From an uncultured delta proteobacterium (GTDB lineage: Bacteria > Desulfobacterota > Syntrophia > Syntrophales > Smithellaceae), in assembly GCA_963851005.1 (NCBI GenBank), contig CAWKNI010000008.1, positions 449,824-513,823 of the forward strand: a stretch of DNA of 64,000 nt, given 5' to 3'. Within the stretch, counting starts at the first letter, position 1. The number at the start of each line of letters is the position of its first letter. The notes below the pieces were generated by a model. The model saw nothing but the letters and a program-made list of their open reading frames with translations, was not told where the DNA came from and did no database searches. Below are positions 9,792 to 20,032 of this stretch, piece after piece. Made by a program: the position numbers and the translations under genes.

Positions 9792-11072
9792 TCATGCCGC
9801 AGCAGCAGGCGCCAAATCTACAAACTCCCGCTTATCCCGCAGCAAGGCAAATATCACTTTGATCAGTTTAATAGCCACTGCACAGAGCATTTCTTTGCGT
9901 CTGGGCTGTTGACCAACCCTGTTTTTTGTTTCCAATTTCCGAAGGTAATATTCCTGAAAATAGTTACTCAGTACCACTACCCTCATACTCATAAAGAAAA
10001 GATATTTCCGTAAGAGCCATCGCCCTTTCTTGGATATGAACTTCCGGCCAATACGTGACCCTGAATCACTTTCCTGAGGATCATATCCGGCGTACTTCAC
10101 AATCTGACGGGCATTATGAAAATGGGTAGGATCGCCCAGTTCTCCCAAAAACACGGCGGCAGAAAGATGGCCGATGCCCGGTATGCTCATCAGATAGGAC
10201 GCTGCGGATGTCTCCTTCAATAGGCACTTCAACTGTTTGTCTATATTCTTGAGCGATAGAACTGTCCGCTTCACTTCTTCAAGGCACATTTGAACCCGGT
10301 ATCGGTCAGCGTTGCCAATCTGTTTTACGCCAATACTTTTTTCAGCCGCCTCAACAAGTTTTTCTGCCTTATGCACAGAGCCGGCTTTTTTTCTTGAACT
10401 TCGTGCAATCAATTCTGTAAGAGTCGACACATCCATCAACATGGCATCCTGAGGGAAAGGACACTGCTCAAGAATAGTCCACAAACTCCGTGATCCCATT
10501 GACCAGAATATCTCATGCAGTTCGGGAAAATAGTCGTCCAGGGCGGCATGTAATGAGTTTTTGGCACTCACGCTGTATCGGAGAAGTCTTTCCCGCGCCT
10601 TCGATAATGTCCTCAGCTGTCTCAGTACTCCATCCTCGATGATGGTGTCAATATATTTGCCTTCCCGGGTTATGTTCGCTATAGTTAACGCATCTCTTTG
10701 GTCACTCTTGGCAGAGGAACTCTCATCCAGTGCCCGGTGATGTTTCAGTGCCGTAGTCCGCACAAAACGAACTTCATAGCCATGCTCTTTTGCAAAATAG
10801 GCCAACTTCCTCCAGTAATGGCCCGTTGGTTCCATTCCGATGAGAACATCTCTAAGTTTATGCTTCGCTTTTAGCACTTCTATCATATTCACAAACTGCT
10901 CAAATCCTTCCCGACTGTTATAAAGCTTTGCACAGCTTCCTAAAACGTTGCCTTCCTTGTTCATAAATCCCACTGCATTGAAGGCATTGCCAATGTCAAT
11001 TCCAACAATGAGGGTTGTTTTTCTAATCCTTTGACGACGTAACACTTGCTTGTTATAATCACTCTTGGACAT
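9792..11072 (-). CDS. IS110 DEDD recombinase/transposase
   Basis: VGIDIG, MEPTGHYW, KSDQRDA, SIPGIG, P...DSG motifs. Confidence 0.93.
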   Translation of the reverse strand: MSKSDYNKQVLRRQRIRKTTLIVGIDIGNAFNAVGFMNKEGNVLGSCAKLYNSREGFEQFVNMIEVLKAKHKLRDVLIGMEPTGHYWRKLAYFAKEHGYEVRFVRTTALKHHRALDESSSAKSDQRDALTIANITREGKYIDTIIEDGVLRQLRTLSKARERLLRYSVSAKNSLHAALDDYFPELHEIFWSMGSRSLWTILEQCPFPQDAMLMDVSTLTELIARSSRKKAGSVHKAEKLVEAAEKSIGVKQIGNADRYRVQMCLEEVKRTVLSLKNIDKQLKCLLKETSAASYLMSIPGIGHLSAAVFLGELGDPTHFHNARQIVKYAGYDPQESDSGSRIGRKFISKKGRWLLRKYLFFMSMRVVVLSNYFQEYYLRKLETKNRVGQQPRRKEMLCAVAIKLIKVIFALLRDKREFVDLAPAAAA

Positions 11073-11676
11073 GGTCTTTTCTCCTTTCTGCTTTCGTTGT
11101 TTTGGCTATTCAACTTTAACAGATCGAAAATACCATGTCCTCTCTTATCTTCCTTATAGTAAGCTGAAAGTCTTAATTTCCAAAATTGCAATTTCATGCT
11201 AAGTTTCAACCTGAAATCTTCAGTTTTTCATTCCCGAAAATTATTTTTTCAATAGAAAATTATCAATAATATCAGACTTGTCAAAAATGACATAACTTAT
11301 CGATATTTTTTATTAAAATTTCGTTTTTTATATGGCATTTTATGCCTACAGGTATTATAATATTTATAGAAAAAACACGGAACCAGCAAGGGGTTTAAAC
11401 CTTGCGTTAAGAAAAGTTTAAAGCGCATTCTCAGCGCTTTTCCTTTAGGCAAAGGGGGTGATGACTAAATCTTCAAATTGGCTCAAGTTTTGTAATTATC
11501 AAAGGGTGGCCATTTTCACGTCAATGTTTTACCAGTTGTATTCTTCTGCAGTTTAAGTAACTGCACTCCTTCTTTAGCCCTCCATCTTTAGTGATGGTAT
11601 GCTTCGCGATAATGACCGATAGACGGGAAATATAAATAGTACCAAATGTAATGTTTTTCGTTAAAAGGAGGAAATT

Positions 11677-12156
11677 ATGTCGAAGATGTTGATGATTTAT
11701 CCCGATCGCTGCACGGGATGTCAGAACTGCACTCTGGCATGTTCTGCATTTCATGACGGCGAATTTCGTCCACACACATCCCGGATTCAAGTGACTACAT
11801 GGGAGATGGAGGGGTTTTCCATGCCGACCACATGTCAGCAATGCGAGGATGCCCCTTGTGTCGCGGTCTGCCCTACCGGAGCCATGCATGATGATCCGAT
11901 GATCAATCGTGTAGCTTGGGATGAAGTTAAGTGTATCGGCTGTCGTATGTGCACTTTAGCCTGTCCCTTCGGCGCAGTGGTCTTTGAAACTGCCCGCCAT
12001 CGGATCATCAAGTGCGATCTCTGCGACGGGAAACCTGAATGCGTAACCTTCTGTCCAACAAAAGCATTGGATTATGTCGAAGAAACCGACGCCGCCCGGG
12101 ACCGTAAAAAGGTCGTCGCCGTGGAATTCAAGAAAACGTTTGAGGAGGTGAACTGA
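11677..12156 (+). CDS. 4x[4Fe-4S] electron-transfer subunit (AorA/HydN/DmsB-like)
   Basis: CTGCQNC, CQQC..APC..VCP, CIGCRMC..ACP, KCDLC...C...CP. Confidence 0.9.
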   Translation: MSKMLMIYPDRCTGCQNCTLACSAFHDGEFRPHTSRIQVTTWEMEGFSMPTTCQQCEDAPCVAVCPTGAMHDDPMINRVAWDEVKCIGCRMCTLACPFGAVVFETARHRIIKCDLCDGKPECVTFCPTKALDYVEETDAARDRKKVVAVEFKKTFEEVN

Positions 12157-12157
12157 T

Positions 12158-13960
12158 ATGTACGGATGGATTGGTCGTTATTTAAGGATTGATCTGAACA
12201 GCGGGACTGTGCGTAAGGAAATCCTCAGCGCCGAACTCGCCAAAAAATATCTGGGCGGCCGCGGTCTCGGAACTCATTTCATGATGACTGAGGTGGATCC
12301 GAAAGTAGATCCGCTGAGTCCCCAAAACAAACTCATTTTTGCTGCTGGACCTCTTTCCGGCACCAATGCTCCTTCCGCCAGCCACTTTGACGTGGTCAGC
12401 AAAGGTCCGCTCAACGGAACAATCGCCGCTTCCAGTTCCGGAGGTCTGTTCGGTCCCATGCTGAAATACGCCGGATATGACATGATCATACTGGAAGGCA
12501 AAGCAAAAAATCCGGTATATATTTGGATTTGTGACGACGTCGTGGAGATCCGTGACGCCGCAGACCTATGGGGAAAAACTGTTCCGGAAACTACGGAGGC
12601 TATCCGGGCAGCTACTGACGAGGATGCCAGTGTGGCCTGCATCGGCCCCGCCGGAGAGAGACAGGTTCTGTTTGCCAACATCATGAATGAATGCGGCCGG
12701 GCGGCAGGCAGAAGCGGTGTCGGCGCCGTGATGGGTTCTAAAAATCTCAAGGCCGTTGCAGTTCGGGGAACGGGCGCCGTTCGGGTTCCCGATACCAAAG
12801 CATTCCGTGATGCCGTTGTTAGAGCGTCGGATAAGATTAAAGCCAACAGTGTCGGCGGTGCGGGATTGCGGAACTACGGAACGGATGTCCTGGTCAATAT
12901 CCTCAATACGGTAGGCGGTCTGCCGACCAGGAACTACACCGACGGTTATTTTCCCACGGCGGACAAGGTAGGAGGCGAATCTCTGGCCAAACAGGTCCTC
13001 ATCAGGCCCCGCGGCTGTTTCGCCTGTATCATCAGTTGCGGCCGGGCAAGCAAAGTGACGAATCCTAAATTTGAAGGCCATGGAGAAGGCCCCGAATACG
13101 AAACTGCCTGGGCTTTCGGCCCGGATTGCGGCATTGACAATCTTGATGCCGTCACCAAGGCCAATTATATTTGCAACGACTACGGAATGGATACGATCAC
13201 GATGGGATCCTCCGTGGCCTGTGCGATGAATCTATTTACCAACGGGATTATCACCACCAAGGATACGGACGGAATCGCCCTGAACTTCGGTGATGAGGAT
13301 GCGATGCTGGAGATGGTTCGCAAAACCGCTGAAGGTGAAGGGTTCGGAAGGAAACTGGCTCTGGGGAGTTACCGCATGGCCGAAAGTTACGGTCATTCCG
13401 AATATTCCATGACCTGTAAGAAGCAGGAAATGCCTGCCTATGATCCACGGGCCATTCAGGGCATCGGACTTAACTTTGCCACTGGAAACCGCGGAGGCTG
13501 CCATGTTCGCGGTTACACGATCTCGCCAGAAGTTTTAGGTCAACCGGTAAAGTTGGATCCGAGAGTCACAGAGGGAAAACCGGCGCTCGACATAACGTTT
13601 CAGGATCTTACGGCGGCACTGGATTCTTCCGGGATGTGCCTGTTTACCACCTTCGGTATTGGTGCGGAAGATATAGCCGAGCTTCTCAGCGCCGCGACGG
13701 GCGTTACCTTTACAACAGAAGAATTCATGAAGATAGGAGCACGTATCTGGAATCTGGAACGCCTCTTCAACCTCAAAGCGGGATTTACAACAGCGGATGA
13801 CAAGCTGCCGGAGCGCCTCATGACGGACCCAATCCTCACGGGACCATCTAAGGGATTAGTGAGCCATCTTGGTGAGATGCTTCCGGAGTATTACAAATTG
13901 AGGGGATGGGATGCCGCCGGTGTGCCGACAAAGAATACTCTGGCTGACCTTGGATTGTAG
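12158..13960 (+). CDS. aor: Tungsten-containing aldehyde:ferredoxin oxidoreductase
   Basis: GGRGLG, AAGRSGVGAVMGSKNLKA, CFACIISC, GPEYET, DPR..G.GL...RGGCH. Confidence 0.93.
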   Translation: MYGWIGRYLRIDLNSGTVRKEILSAELAKKYLGGRGLGTHFMMTEVDPKVDPLSPQNKLIFAAGPLSGTNAPSASHFDVVSKGPLNGTIAASSSGGLFGPMLKYAGYDMIILEGKAKNPVYIWICDDVVEIRDAADLWGKTVPETTEAIRAATDEDASVACIGPAGERQVLFANIMNECGRAAGRSGVGAVMGSKNLKAVAVRGTGAVRVPDTKAFRDAVVRASDKIKANSVGGAGLRNYGTDVLVNILNTVGGLPTRNYTDGYFPTADKVGGESLAKQVLIRPRGCFACIISCGRASKVTNPKFEGHGEGPEYETAWAFGPDCGIDNLDAVTKANYICNDYGMDTITMGSSVACAMNLFTNGIITTKDTDGIALNFGDEDAMLEMVRKTAEGEGFGRKLALGSYRMAESYGHSEYSMTCKKQEMPAYDPRAIQGIGLNFATGNRGGCHVRGYTISPEVLGQPVKLDPRVTEGKPALDITFQDLTAALDSSGMCLFTTFGIGAEDIAELLSAATGVTFTTEEFMKIGARIWNLERLFNLKAGFTTADDKLPERLMTDPILTGPSKGLVSHLGEMLPEYYKLRGWDAAGVPTKNTLADLGL

Positions 13961-13971
13961 GAGGACAACAG

Positions 13972-15186
13972 ATGAAATATGTAATCATCGGAGCAGGTCC
14001 TGCAGGGCTCAATGCCGCAGCCACTCTGCGTCAGGTTGATCCGGGGGGCGTCGTCACCATACTTTCCGGCGAAGGGACGCCCCCTTACGCCAAAATGGTT
14101 CTCCCATATCTGCTGGCCGGGGTAATGGAAGAAAAAAATTTGTACCTGCCTGTGCCGGACGGCGTGAATTTTTGTGTGGGCCGGAAAGTTATCCGGATCA
14201 ATACAAAGCGGCGGACGATTGAGACCGACAATAGGGAGACTGTGGAGTACGACAAGCTCCTCGTTGCCACAGGCGGGGTCCCGGAGCGTCCTGCCATCAA
14301 AGGAAGCGATTATCCCTTCGTGTCGACCATCCGGGATCTTCCCGATGTTCAGCGGATTCAAAAACTGATGAAGGGGAAGAAGAAAAAGGGCCATGCTGTG
14401 ATCGCCGGCGCTGGTCCTGTCAGCATGGAAACGGGTGACGCCCTGCACAAGCTGGGGATGAAGGTTACTCTCGTTGTGACCTCTAACCGTGTTTTTTCGA
14501 CCATGCTGGATGTTCAGGCTGCGGCTGTCGTGGAAGATCATCTCCAGCGGCAGGGAGTGGATATTCTCAAGGGTGAGGATATTGTCCGGATCGGCGCCAA
14601 AGGAAAGATAACTCTCAGTTCCGGAAAGACTTTGGATAGCAATCTCGTCATCTTTGGTAAAGGGGTCAGTCCCTGTGTTGCTTTCCTTGCCGACAGTGGG
14701 ATCGCAGTGCGGCGCGGTATTACCGTTAATGAACACATGGAGACAAACATCACCGGCATCTTTGCCGCCGGTGATGCAGTGGAAACCAAGGATTTGGTTG
14801 TTGGTGATCAAAGAGTCAATGCCCTCTGGCCCGCTGCTGTCGAACAGGGACGGATTACTGCGTTGAACATGGCGGGAATTCCGGCAATCTATGATGGAAG
14901 TCTCTCCCGAAACATCCTGCGCGTTTTCGGCCTGTCTATCTTTGTTGCCGGACAGGGACGGGCGGACGGACCGGAAATCAAGGTTTTCTCCGGCTCTGGT
15001 TTCTATCATAAAATAGTCATGAACAAAGGAGTCCTGAAGGGCTTTATTTTTATCGGAGATATTCGTCACGAAGGTCTTTATCGGGACATACTTCAGAGAC
15101 GAACCGATGCAGGGCCTTTTGCCAACGCCCTTCTCAAAGGAACCTTCGCTTATCCCCGCTTTCAGCGCCGGGCTATGCGCATATGA
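13972..15186 (+). CDS. FAD-dependent NAD(P)H oxidoreductase subunit (AorC-like)
   Basis: IIGAGPAG, LVATGG.P, IFAAGD motifs; operonic with aor. Confidence 0.85.
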   Translation: MKYVIIGAGPAGLNAAATLRQVDPGGVVTILSGEGTPPYAKMVLPYLLAGVMEEKNLYLPVPDGVNFCVGRKVIRINTKRRTIETDNRETVEYDKLLVATGGVPERPAIKGSDYPFVSTIRDLPDVQRIQKLMKGKKKKGHAVIAGAGPVSMETGDALHKLGMKVTLVVTSNRVFSTMLDVQAAAVVEDHLQRQGVDILKGEDIVRIGAKGKITLSSGKTLDSNLVIFGKGVSPCVAFLADSGIAVRRGITVNEHMETNITGIFAAGDAVETKDLVVGDQRVNALWPAAVEQGRITALNMAGIPAIYDGSLSRNILRVFGLSIFVAGQGRADGPEIKVFSGSGFYHKIVMNKGVLKGFIFIGDIRHEGLYRDILQRRTDAGPFANALLKGTFAYPRFQRRAMRI

Positions 15187-15204
15187 CCGGAAGGTAAAAA
15201 AAGA

Positions 15205-15927
15205 ATGAGTGAGTACGACGCTGAGCGTTATCAAAGACAGATAACCCTTTGGGGCATGGAAGGGCAGGAAAGTCTGCGACGTGCCCGAGTACTTATTGCC
15301 GGCGTCGGAGGATTGGGAACGATCATTGCCGCCTATCTTGCTGCCGCCGGCGTGGGCTTTCTCCGTCTGGTGGACGATGATCAAGTTGAACTATCCAACC
15401 TCAATCGCCAGTTGCTCTTCCAGACGACCGATATTGGTCGGGAGAAAACTGTTGCCGCGAAGGAAAAACTCCAGCTCCTAAATCCTGATATCCGGATAGA
15501 GGGCATCAATCGAACGCTTGATGATAAGACGGCGGGGGATCTGATACAGGATATAGATTTGATTGTGGACGCCCTGGATAACTTTACAACCAGATTTCTT
15601 CTGAACGGAGCCGCCTTTATCCACCACCTTCCCCTGATACACGGCGCGGTGCGTGGTTTTTTCGGGCAGGCGACCACATTGATTCCCGGACGAACGGCTT
15701 GTCTTAAGTGCCTTTTTGCCCAAAGTCCGCCCAGGAAAATCTTTCCAATACTTGGCGGAACCTGCGGTGTCATTGGAGCCATCCAGGCTACGGAAACCAT
15801 CAAGGTTCTGACCGGTCAGGGCGAACCGCTGGCCAATAGATTGTTTTTCTGGGATGGCCAGGCCGGGGAAGGAACGATCATTAATACAAAACGCAATCCC
15901 CATTGCATCATCTGTGGAAGGGATTGA
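15205..15927 (+). CDS. moeB: MoeB/ThiF family adenylyltransferase
   Basis: RYQRQ, GVGGLG, SNLNRQ, CLKC...CIIC zinc motifs. Confidence 0.85.
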   Translation: MSEYDAERYQRQITLWGMEGQESLRRARVLIAGVGGLGTIIAAYLAAAGVGFLRLVDDDQVELSNLNRQLLFQTTDIGREKTVAAKEKLQLLNPDIRIEGINRTLDDKTAGDLIQDIDLIVDALDNFTTRFLLNGAAFIHHLPLIHGAVRGFFGQATTLIPGRTACLKCLFAQSPPRKIFPILGGTCGVIGAIQATETIKVLTGQGEPLANRLFFWDGQAGEGTIINTKRNPHCIICGRD

Positions 15928-15983
15928 TTCTTTAGAGAAGAGGAAACTGTCAGCAAATCCATTAGACAGAGGTACATATTCAG

Positions 15984-16262
15984 ATGAAAATTACCATACG
16001 GGCTTTTGCCGATTACAGAAGGGTCGTCGGCAAGGAAATGGAACTTGTTTTGCCGGAAGAAAAAACGATCGGGGAACTGCTTGCCGAACTTGGTGATCGC
16101 TATCCGAATCTGCGTAGGGAAATGTTTGCCCAGACCGGAGAGCTCAAGGAATTCATAAACATTTTTATTAACGGCCGCAATATCGCTTTCCTCGAAGACA
16201 TGGCTACACCGCTAGCTGATGGTGACATTATTGCTCTCTTTCCCCCCGTGGCTGGAGGATAA
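15984..16262 (+). CDS. moaD: MoaD/ThiS ubiquitin-like sulfur carrier
   Basis: 92 aa ending FPPVAGG. Confidence 0.9.
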   Translation: MKITIRAFADYRRVVGKEMELVLPEEKTIGELLAELGDRYPNLRREMFAQTGELKEFINIFINGRNIAFLEDMATPLADGDIIALFPPVAGG

Positions 16263-16443
16263 AGGCAAAAACACATATTCCCCCCATTGCGGTAATCTTT
16301 TGACTGACCGCTATGATTTTTCCTTTCTCGTATTTGGTATTTACTTGATTCTAAAAAATATATCCTATATTTTACAGGGTAAAGATATAGGGTGATAATG
16401 AAAACTGAAAAACCAGAATTCTAGATAAGGAGGTAACTGATCT

Positions 16444-17142
16444 TTGGAGACTTATTCAAGCAAGACAATAGGTAAACTGGTCGAGGAACAAATTACAAGA
16501 TGGCAATCCAACCGTAAAAGAAAATATAAAAAACCAATACGACCAGTCATTACTATTTCAAGACTTCCCGGATGCAATGCCTGGAACATTGCCAAACAAA
16601 TTTCAGAAGCTTTGGAAATCGATTTTTTCGATCAGGAGATTGTCGATGAAATAGCCAGGAATGCAGATGTTAACCGTCGTGTAGTGGAAACCGTCGACGA
16701 GCAGGACAATTCAATTGTTCTTGACTGGTTGTCTATGCTTACTGTGGAGCGCCATCTCTGGCCTAATGAATACCTCGATCAACTAACAAAAGTAATAGGG
16801 ACCATTGGCGCCCATGGACATGCCGTCATTTTGGGCAGAGGCGCCAGTTATATTCTACCGAAAGAGATCTGTCTTCGTGTTTTGGTGGTTGCACCTCTGG
16901 AATTAAGGATTAAAAATGTAAGAGAGGCTTATGGGGTATCTGAAAAAATAGCCAGGCAGAATGTTATGGGCAAAGAGTCTGAGCGCATTGCCTTTATCAG
17001 GGGGTATTTTCATGAGGACATGCTAAATTCGGTCAATTATGACCTGGTGTTCAATACGGAAATGAATGAACTGGATACAGTTGTGGAGATGGTAAAAATT
17101 GCCTATAATACTCGCAAGTGGTACAAATACTCTATAGATTGA
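16444..17142 (+). CDS. Cytidylate kinase-like family protein
   Basis: VITISRLPG, VILGRGA, APLE.R, YDLV.NT; AGGAGG RBS with TTG start. Confidence 0.8.
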   Translation: METYSSKTIGKLVEEQITRWQSNRKRKYKKPIRPVITISRLPGCNAWNIAKQISEALEIDFFDQEIVDEIARNADVNRRVVETVDEQDNSIVLDWLSMLTVERHLWPNEYLDQLTKVIGTIGAHGHAVILGRGASYILPKEICLRVLVVAPLELRIKNVREAYGVSEKIARQNVMGKESERIAFIRGYFHEDMLNSVNYDLVFNTEMNELDTVVEMVKIAYNTRKWYKYSID

Positions 17143-17262
17143 ACACTACAAAGTGAGAATTTGGCAATTTGGGTATACAAGCTTTCTTTTGATGCGGCAA
17201 AGACTACTGAGCAGGTCACACCCGGACCTTTAAATTGATATTATAACTATTTTACAAGTCAC

Positions 17263-18315
17263 GTGGAGTTAATACATATGTATGCTGACATTCCGATTAT
17301 CGAGAAGATGCTGCTGCCTGCAATAATCATTGTTGTCGGATTTATCGTAGGTGTCATCTTTGAAAAAATAATTCTTAGGAAAATAAAAAAGATATCTTCA
17401 AAAACAAAATGGGAAAGTGACGAAATATTTATTAATGCACTTCATGGAACGACTACGGTTTTATTCCTCGTTGCCAGTATTTCCTTGGCCCTGGAAAGCA
17501 CAGAATTAAGTCCTCATATCTTAAATATTATTCACAAGGTTTTGCTGGTACTTTTTATCTTATTTGTGACAGTGGTTTTATCAAAAATCTCAGTCGGTTT
17601 TGTAAATGTGTACAGCAAAAGAGTCGATGGGGCTTTCACGTCGACATCAATATTCACAAATGTAACGAGAATCCTGGTTTTTATAATTGGTATTCTCATA
17701 ATATTTCAGTATCTTGGAATATCTACTGTACATATACTTACCGTACTGGGGGTAGGCGGACTTGCCGTTGCCCTTGCCCTTCAGGATACCCTTAGCAATT
17801 TATTTGCCGGCATACAGGTGATTGCATCAGGTCATTTAAAACCTGGCCATTATCTAAGGTTGAGCAGCGGCGAAGAAGGCCATGTTGCAGATATAACATG
17901 GCGATACACTACTATTATATCGTTGCAAAACAACACTATAATTGTTCCGAACTCTAAATTGGCGTCGGCAATTGTTATAGACTTTAATATACCGGAAGAG
18001 ATAATATCAACATCTATTGAAGTGAGCGTAAGCTATTACAGTGACCTTGAAAAGGTTGAAAAAGTGACAACTGAGGTTGCCAGAAAAGTCATTAATGACA
18101 CAGGAGTGGGCGTTCCGGAGTTTGAACCATCTGTTACTTACAAAAAGTTCGGCGATTCAAGCATTAACTTAGATGTTGATTTTCATGTAAAAAGGTTTGT
18201 TGATCAAAATATTATTAGACATGAGTTTATTAAGAGACTGCATAAACGTTATAAGGAAGAAGGGATTGAAATTCCCTTTCCTGTCAGGACAGTTTACATG
18301 AAGGAAAAGATTTAA
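17263..18315 (+). CDS. mscS: Small-conductance mechanosensitive channel (MscS family)
   Basis: GVGGLAVALALQDTLSN, VPNS, EIPFP; start may be ATG 17278. Confidence 0.9.
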   Translation: MELIHMYADIPIIEKMLLPAIIIVVGFIVGVIFEKIILRKIKKISSKTKWESDEIFINALHGTTTVLFLVASISLALESTELSPHILNIIHKVLLVLFILFVTVVLSKISVGFVNVYSKRVDGAFTSTSIFTNVTRILVFIIGILIIFQYLGISTVHILTVLGVGGLAVALALQDTLSNLFAGIQVIASGHLKPGHYLRLSSGEEGHVADITWRYTTIISLQNNTIIVPNSKLASAIVIDFNIPEEIISTSIEVSVSYYSDLEKVEKVTTEVARKVINDTGVGVPEFEPSVTYKKFGDSSINLDVDFHVKRFVDQNIIRHEFIKRLHKRYKEEGIEIPFPVRTVYMKEKI

Positions 18316-18826
18316 GTGAATCAGAGAGAGTTATTTATTAGACTATATAAAATATAGTGTAATAAAATAAAAAATAAAGAATAAAGAAAGCAAGACAACT
18401 TTACTCTCTTTCAATCGGTAATCTTCATTTTTTCGGCTTCATAAATCTGTTTGTTTGTAGGTGTAACAAATTCCCGCCACATCCGCATTTTAACAATTTT
18501 ATCTTAACACTTACCAGTTGAAAGATTGCATATCCGCAGCAGTTAGTTTCATTAGCCCCAAACCAACTACAAAGATTCTCAATCCATAAAAATCACCACT
18601 CCAACCAATTAATCTCATTCCCAGATTCATGGCCAAAATCACCGGTTCTTGGTTTTTATAACAAGTTATTCAATACTCCAAAGTTTGTTTCCGGAACGCT
18701 CACCTCAATGCGTTTTTTATAGTCATCCCTTCTCGGAAACAAACTGACCACTCATCTCAATATTTTCCAGAACAAATATATGATTAGGAAATTTATAAAA
18801 TCATTTTAGGAAGGGAGGAAAATTTT

Positions 18827-19015
18827 ATGAAGAAAAAATTTTATGTAAGGCCAGTGTCTATAGTGCTGTCAATTGCAATGTTTGATGAGCTTAAAGCAAT
18901 AACAGATCAGAGCAACATCGCTATTTCGGATTTCATCAGAAATGCAATTAAACGAAAGTTAGACGAATGTCAAAACAACAAACAAAATAAGGAGGAAAAT
19001 AAAAATGTTTATTAA
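18827..19015 (+). CDS. Small ribbon-helix-helix/CopG-like DNA-binding protein
   Basis: 62 aa, GGAGG RBS, VSIVLS..MFDELK..S.FIRNAI pattern. Confidence 0.55.
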   Translation: MKKKFYVRPVSIVLSIAMFDELKAITDQSNIAISDFIRNAIKRKLDECQNNKQNKEENKNVY

Positions 19016-19787
19016 ATCTACCAAAACAAAGAAAACAGTAAACAGGGAATGGGCGGAGAAATACGAAAACTTATTTTCAGGCTGCTCACATGATTGCAAA
19101 TATTGCTATGCAAAATCAATTGCTATACACTATAAACTAAACACGCCGAAAAATTGGAAAAATGAAGTAGTCAGAAATTCGGATTTACTCCAGAAAGGAT
19201 TCAGAAAAAGAAATGACCTAATAATGTTTCCATCATCGCATGATATAACACCGGAGCATTTGCAGGAGAATATAATTTTCATTGGCAACATTCTGGCAGC
19301 GGGAAATAAAATTCTTATAGTTTCCAAACCTCATCTGGACTGTGTTAAATTAATGTGTGATGCATTTATTCCATTCAAAGCAAATATTCTTTTCCGTTTC
19401 ACCATTGGCTCTGCTAATTCCGACACTCTCAGGTTCTGGGAAAATAATGCTCCTGATTTCAATGAAAGACTGGACTCTCTTCAATATGCTTTTAATTCTG
19501 GATTTCAGACAAGTGTTTCGTGCGAGCCGATGTTGGATGACAGAATTGATCAGGTGATAGATCAAGTGCTTCCTTATGTAACGGAAACAATTTGGATTGG
19601 AAAACCAAATCAATTGATGGGAAGACTTTCAATGAATGGTTTTAAGAATGACTTTGTGACAATGAGTCGGGGACGTGCTTTAATGAAATTATTTTCTGAT
19701 AAATTTATTTTAAATCTCTATGCGCGATATAAGAACAATTCAAAGATCATGTGGAAGCACAGCATTAAGAAGGTTGTTTTTGGTTGA
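19005..19787 (+). CDS. Radical-SAM-like protein, phage Gp37/Gp68 (DUF5131) family
   Basis: GCSHDCKYCYA (CxxxCxxC), SCEPML; AAGGAGG RBS. Confidence 0.7.
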   Translation: MFIKSTKTKKTVNREWAEKYENLFSGCSHDCKYCYAKSIAIHYKLNTPKNWKNEVVRNSDLLQKGFRKRNDLIMFPSSHDITPEHLQENIIFIGNILAAGNKILIVSKPHLDCVKLMCDAFIPFKANILFRFTIGSANSDTLRFWENNAPDFNERLDSLQYAFNSGFQTSVSCEPMLDDRIDQVIDQVLPYVTETIWIGKPNQLMGRLSMNGFKNDFVTMSRGRALMKLFSDKFILNLYARYKNNSKIMWKHSIKKVVFG

Positions 19788-19899
19788 TGAAATGAAATTA
19801 AGTCGATCAAAAATTTATTGCTGATAACTGGTATAAAAAATAGAAGAGGCTCCGGGAATATGGGAATAACACTATCTAAAACCTTCTAGGATCGCCAAT

Positions 19900-20032
19900 G
19901 GGAAAGAGTTCTGCTCTGCGTTATATAAGGAGATGGAAGCATGAATGACCTTGCCAATTCAACGATAACCGATTGAAACATGCAGGTTTTTGAATGATAT
20001 TTTTCAGCAGAAGTGTTTATTTGTTGCTTCCT
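19900..20032 (+). repeat. 133-bp direct repeat, copy 2 (IS110-free)
   Basis: Matches 9406-9538. Confidence 0.9.

Larger units (their letters stand above)
9539..11163 (-). mobile_element. IS110-family (IS1111-type) element
   Basis: Subterminal IRs taaggaagat (9543-9552)/atcttcctta (11147-11156); CT core at 9537-38 and 11164-65; junction reconstitutes TTGACA-17-TACTAT. Confidence 0.85.

Noticed and set aside
9118-10013. Short ORFs 9118-9303, 9500-9775 and 9657-10013
   Set aside because: No RBS or motifs; they overlap repeats, the IS110 non-coding end or the transposase antisense strand
11333-11345. Sigma54 promoter for the aor operon (tggcattttatgc)
   Set aside because: Spacing is GG-N8-GC rather than the required N10
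13891-15384. 497-aa minus-strand ORF
   Set aside because: Antisense shadow of the well-supported flavin oxidoreductase and moeB genes; no motifs
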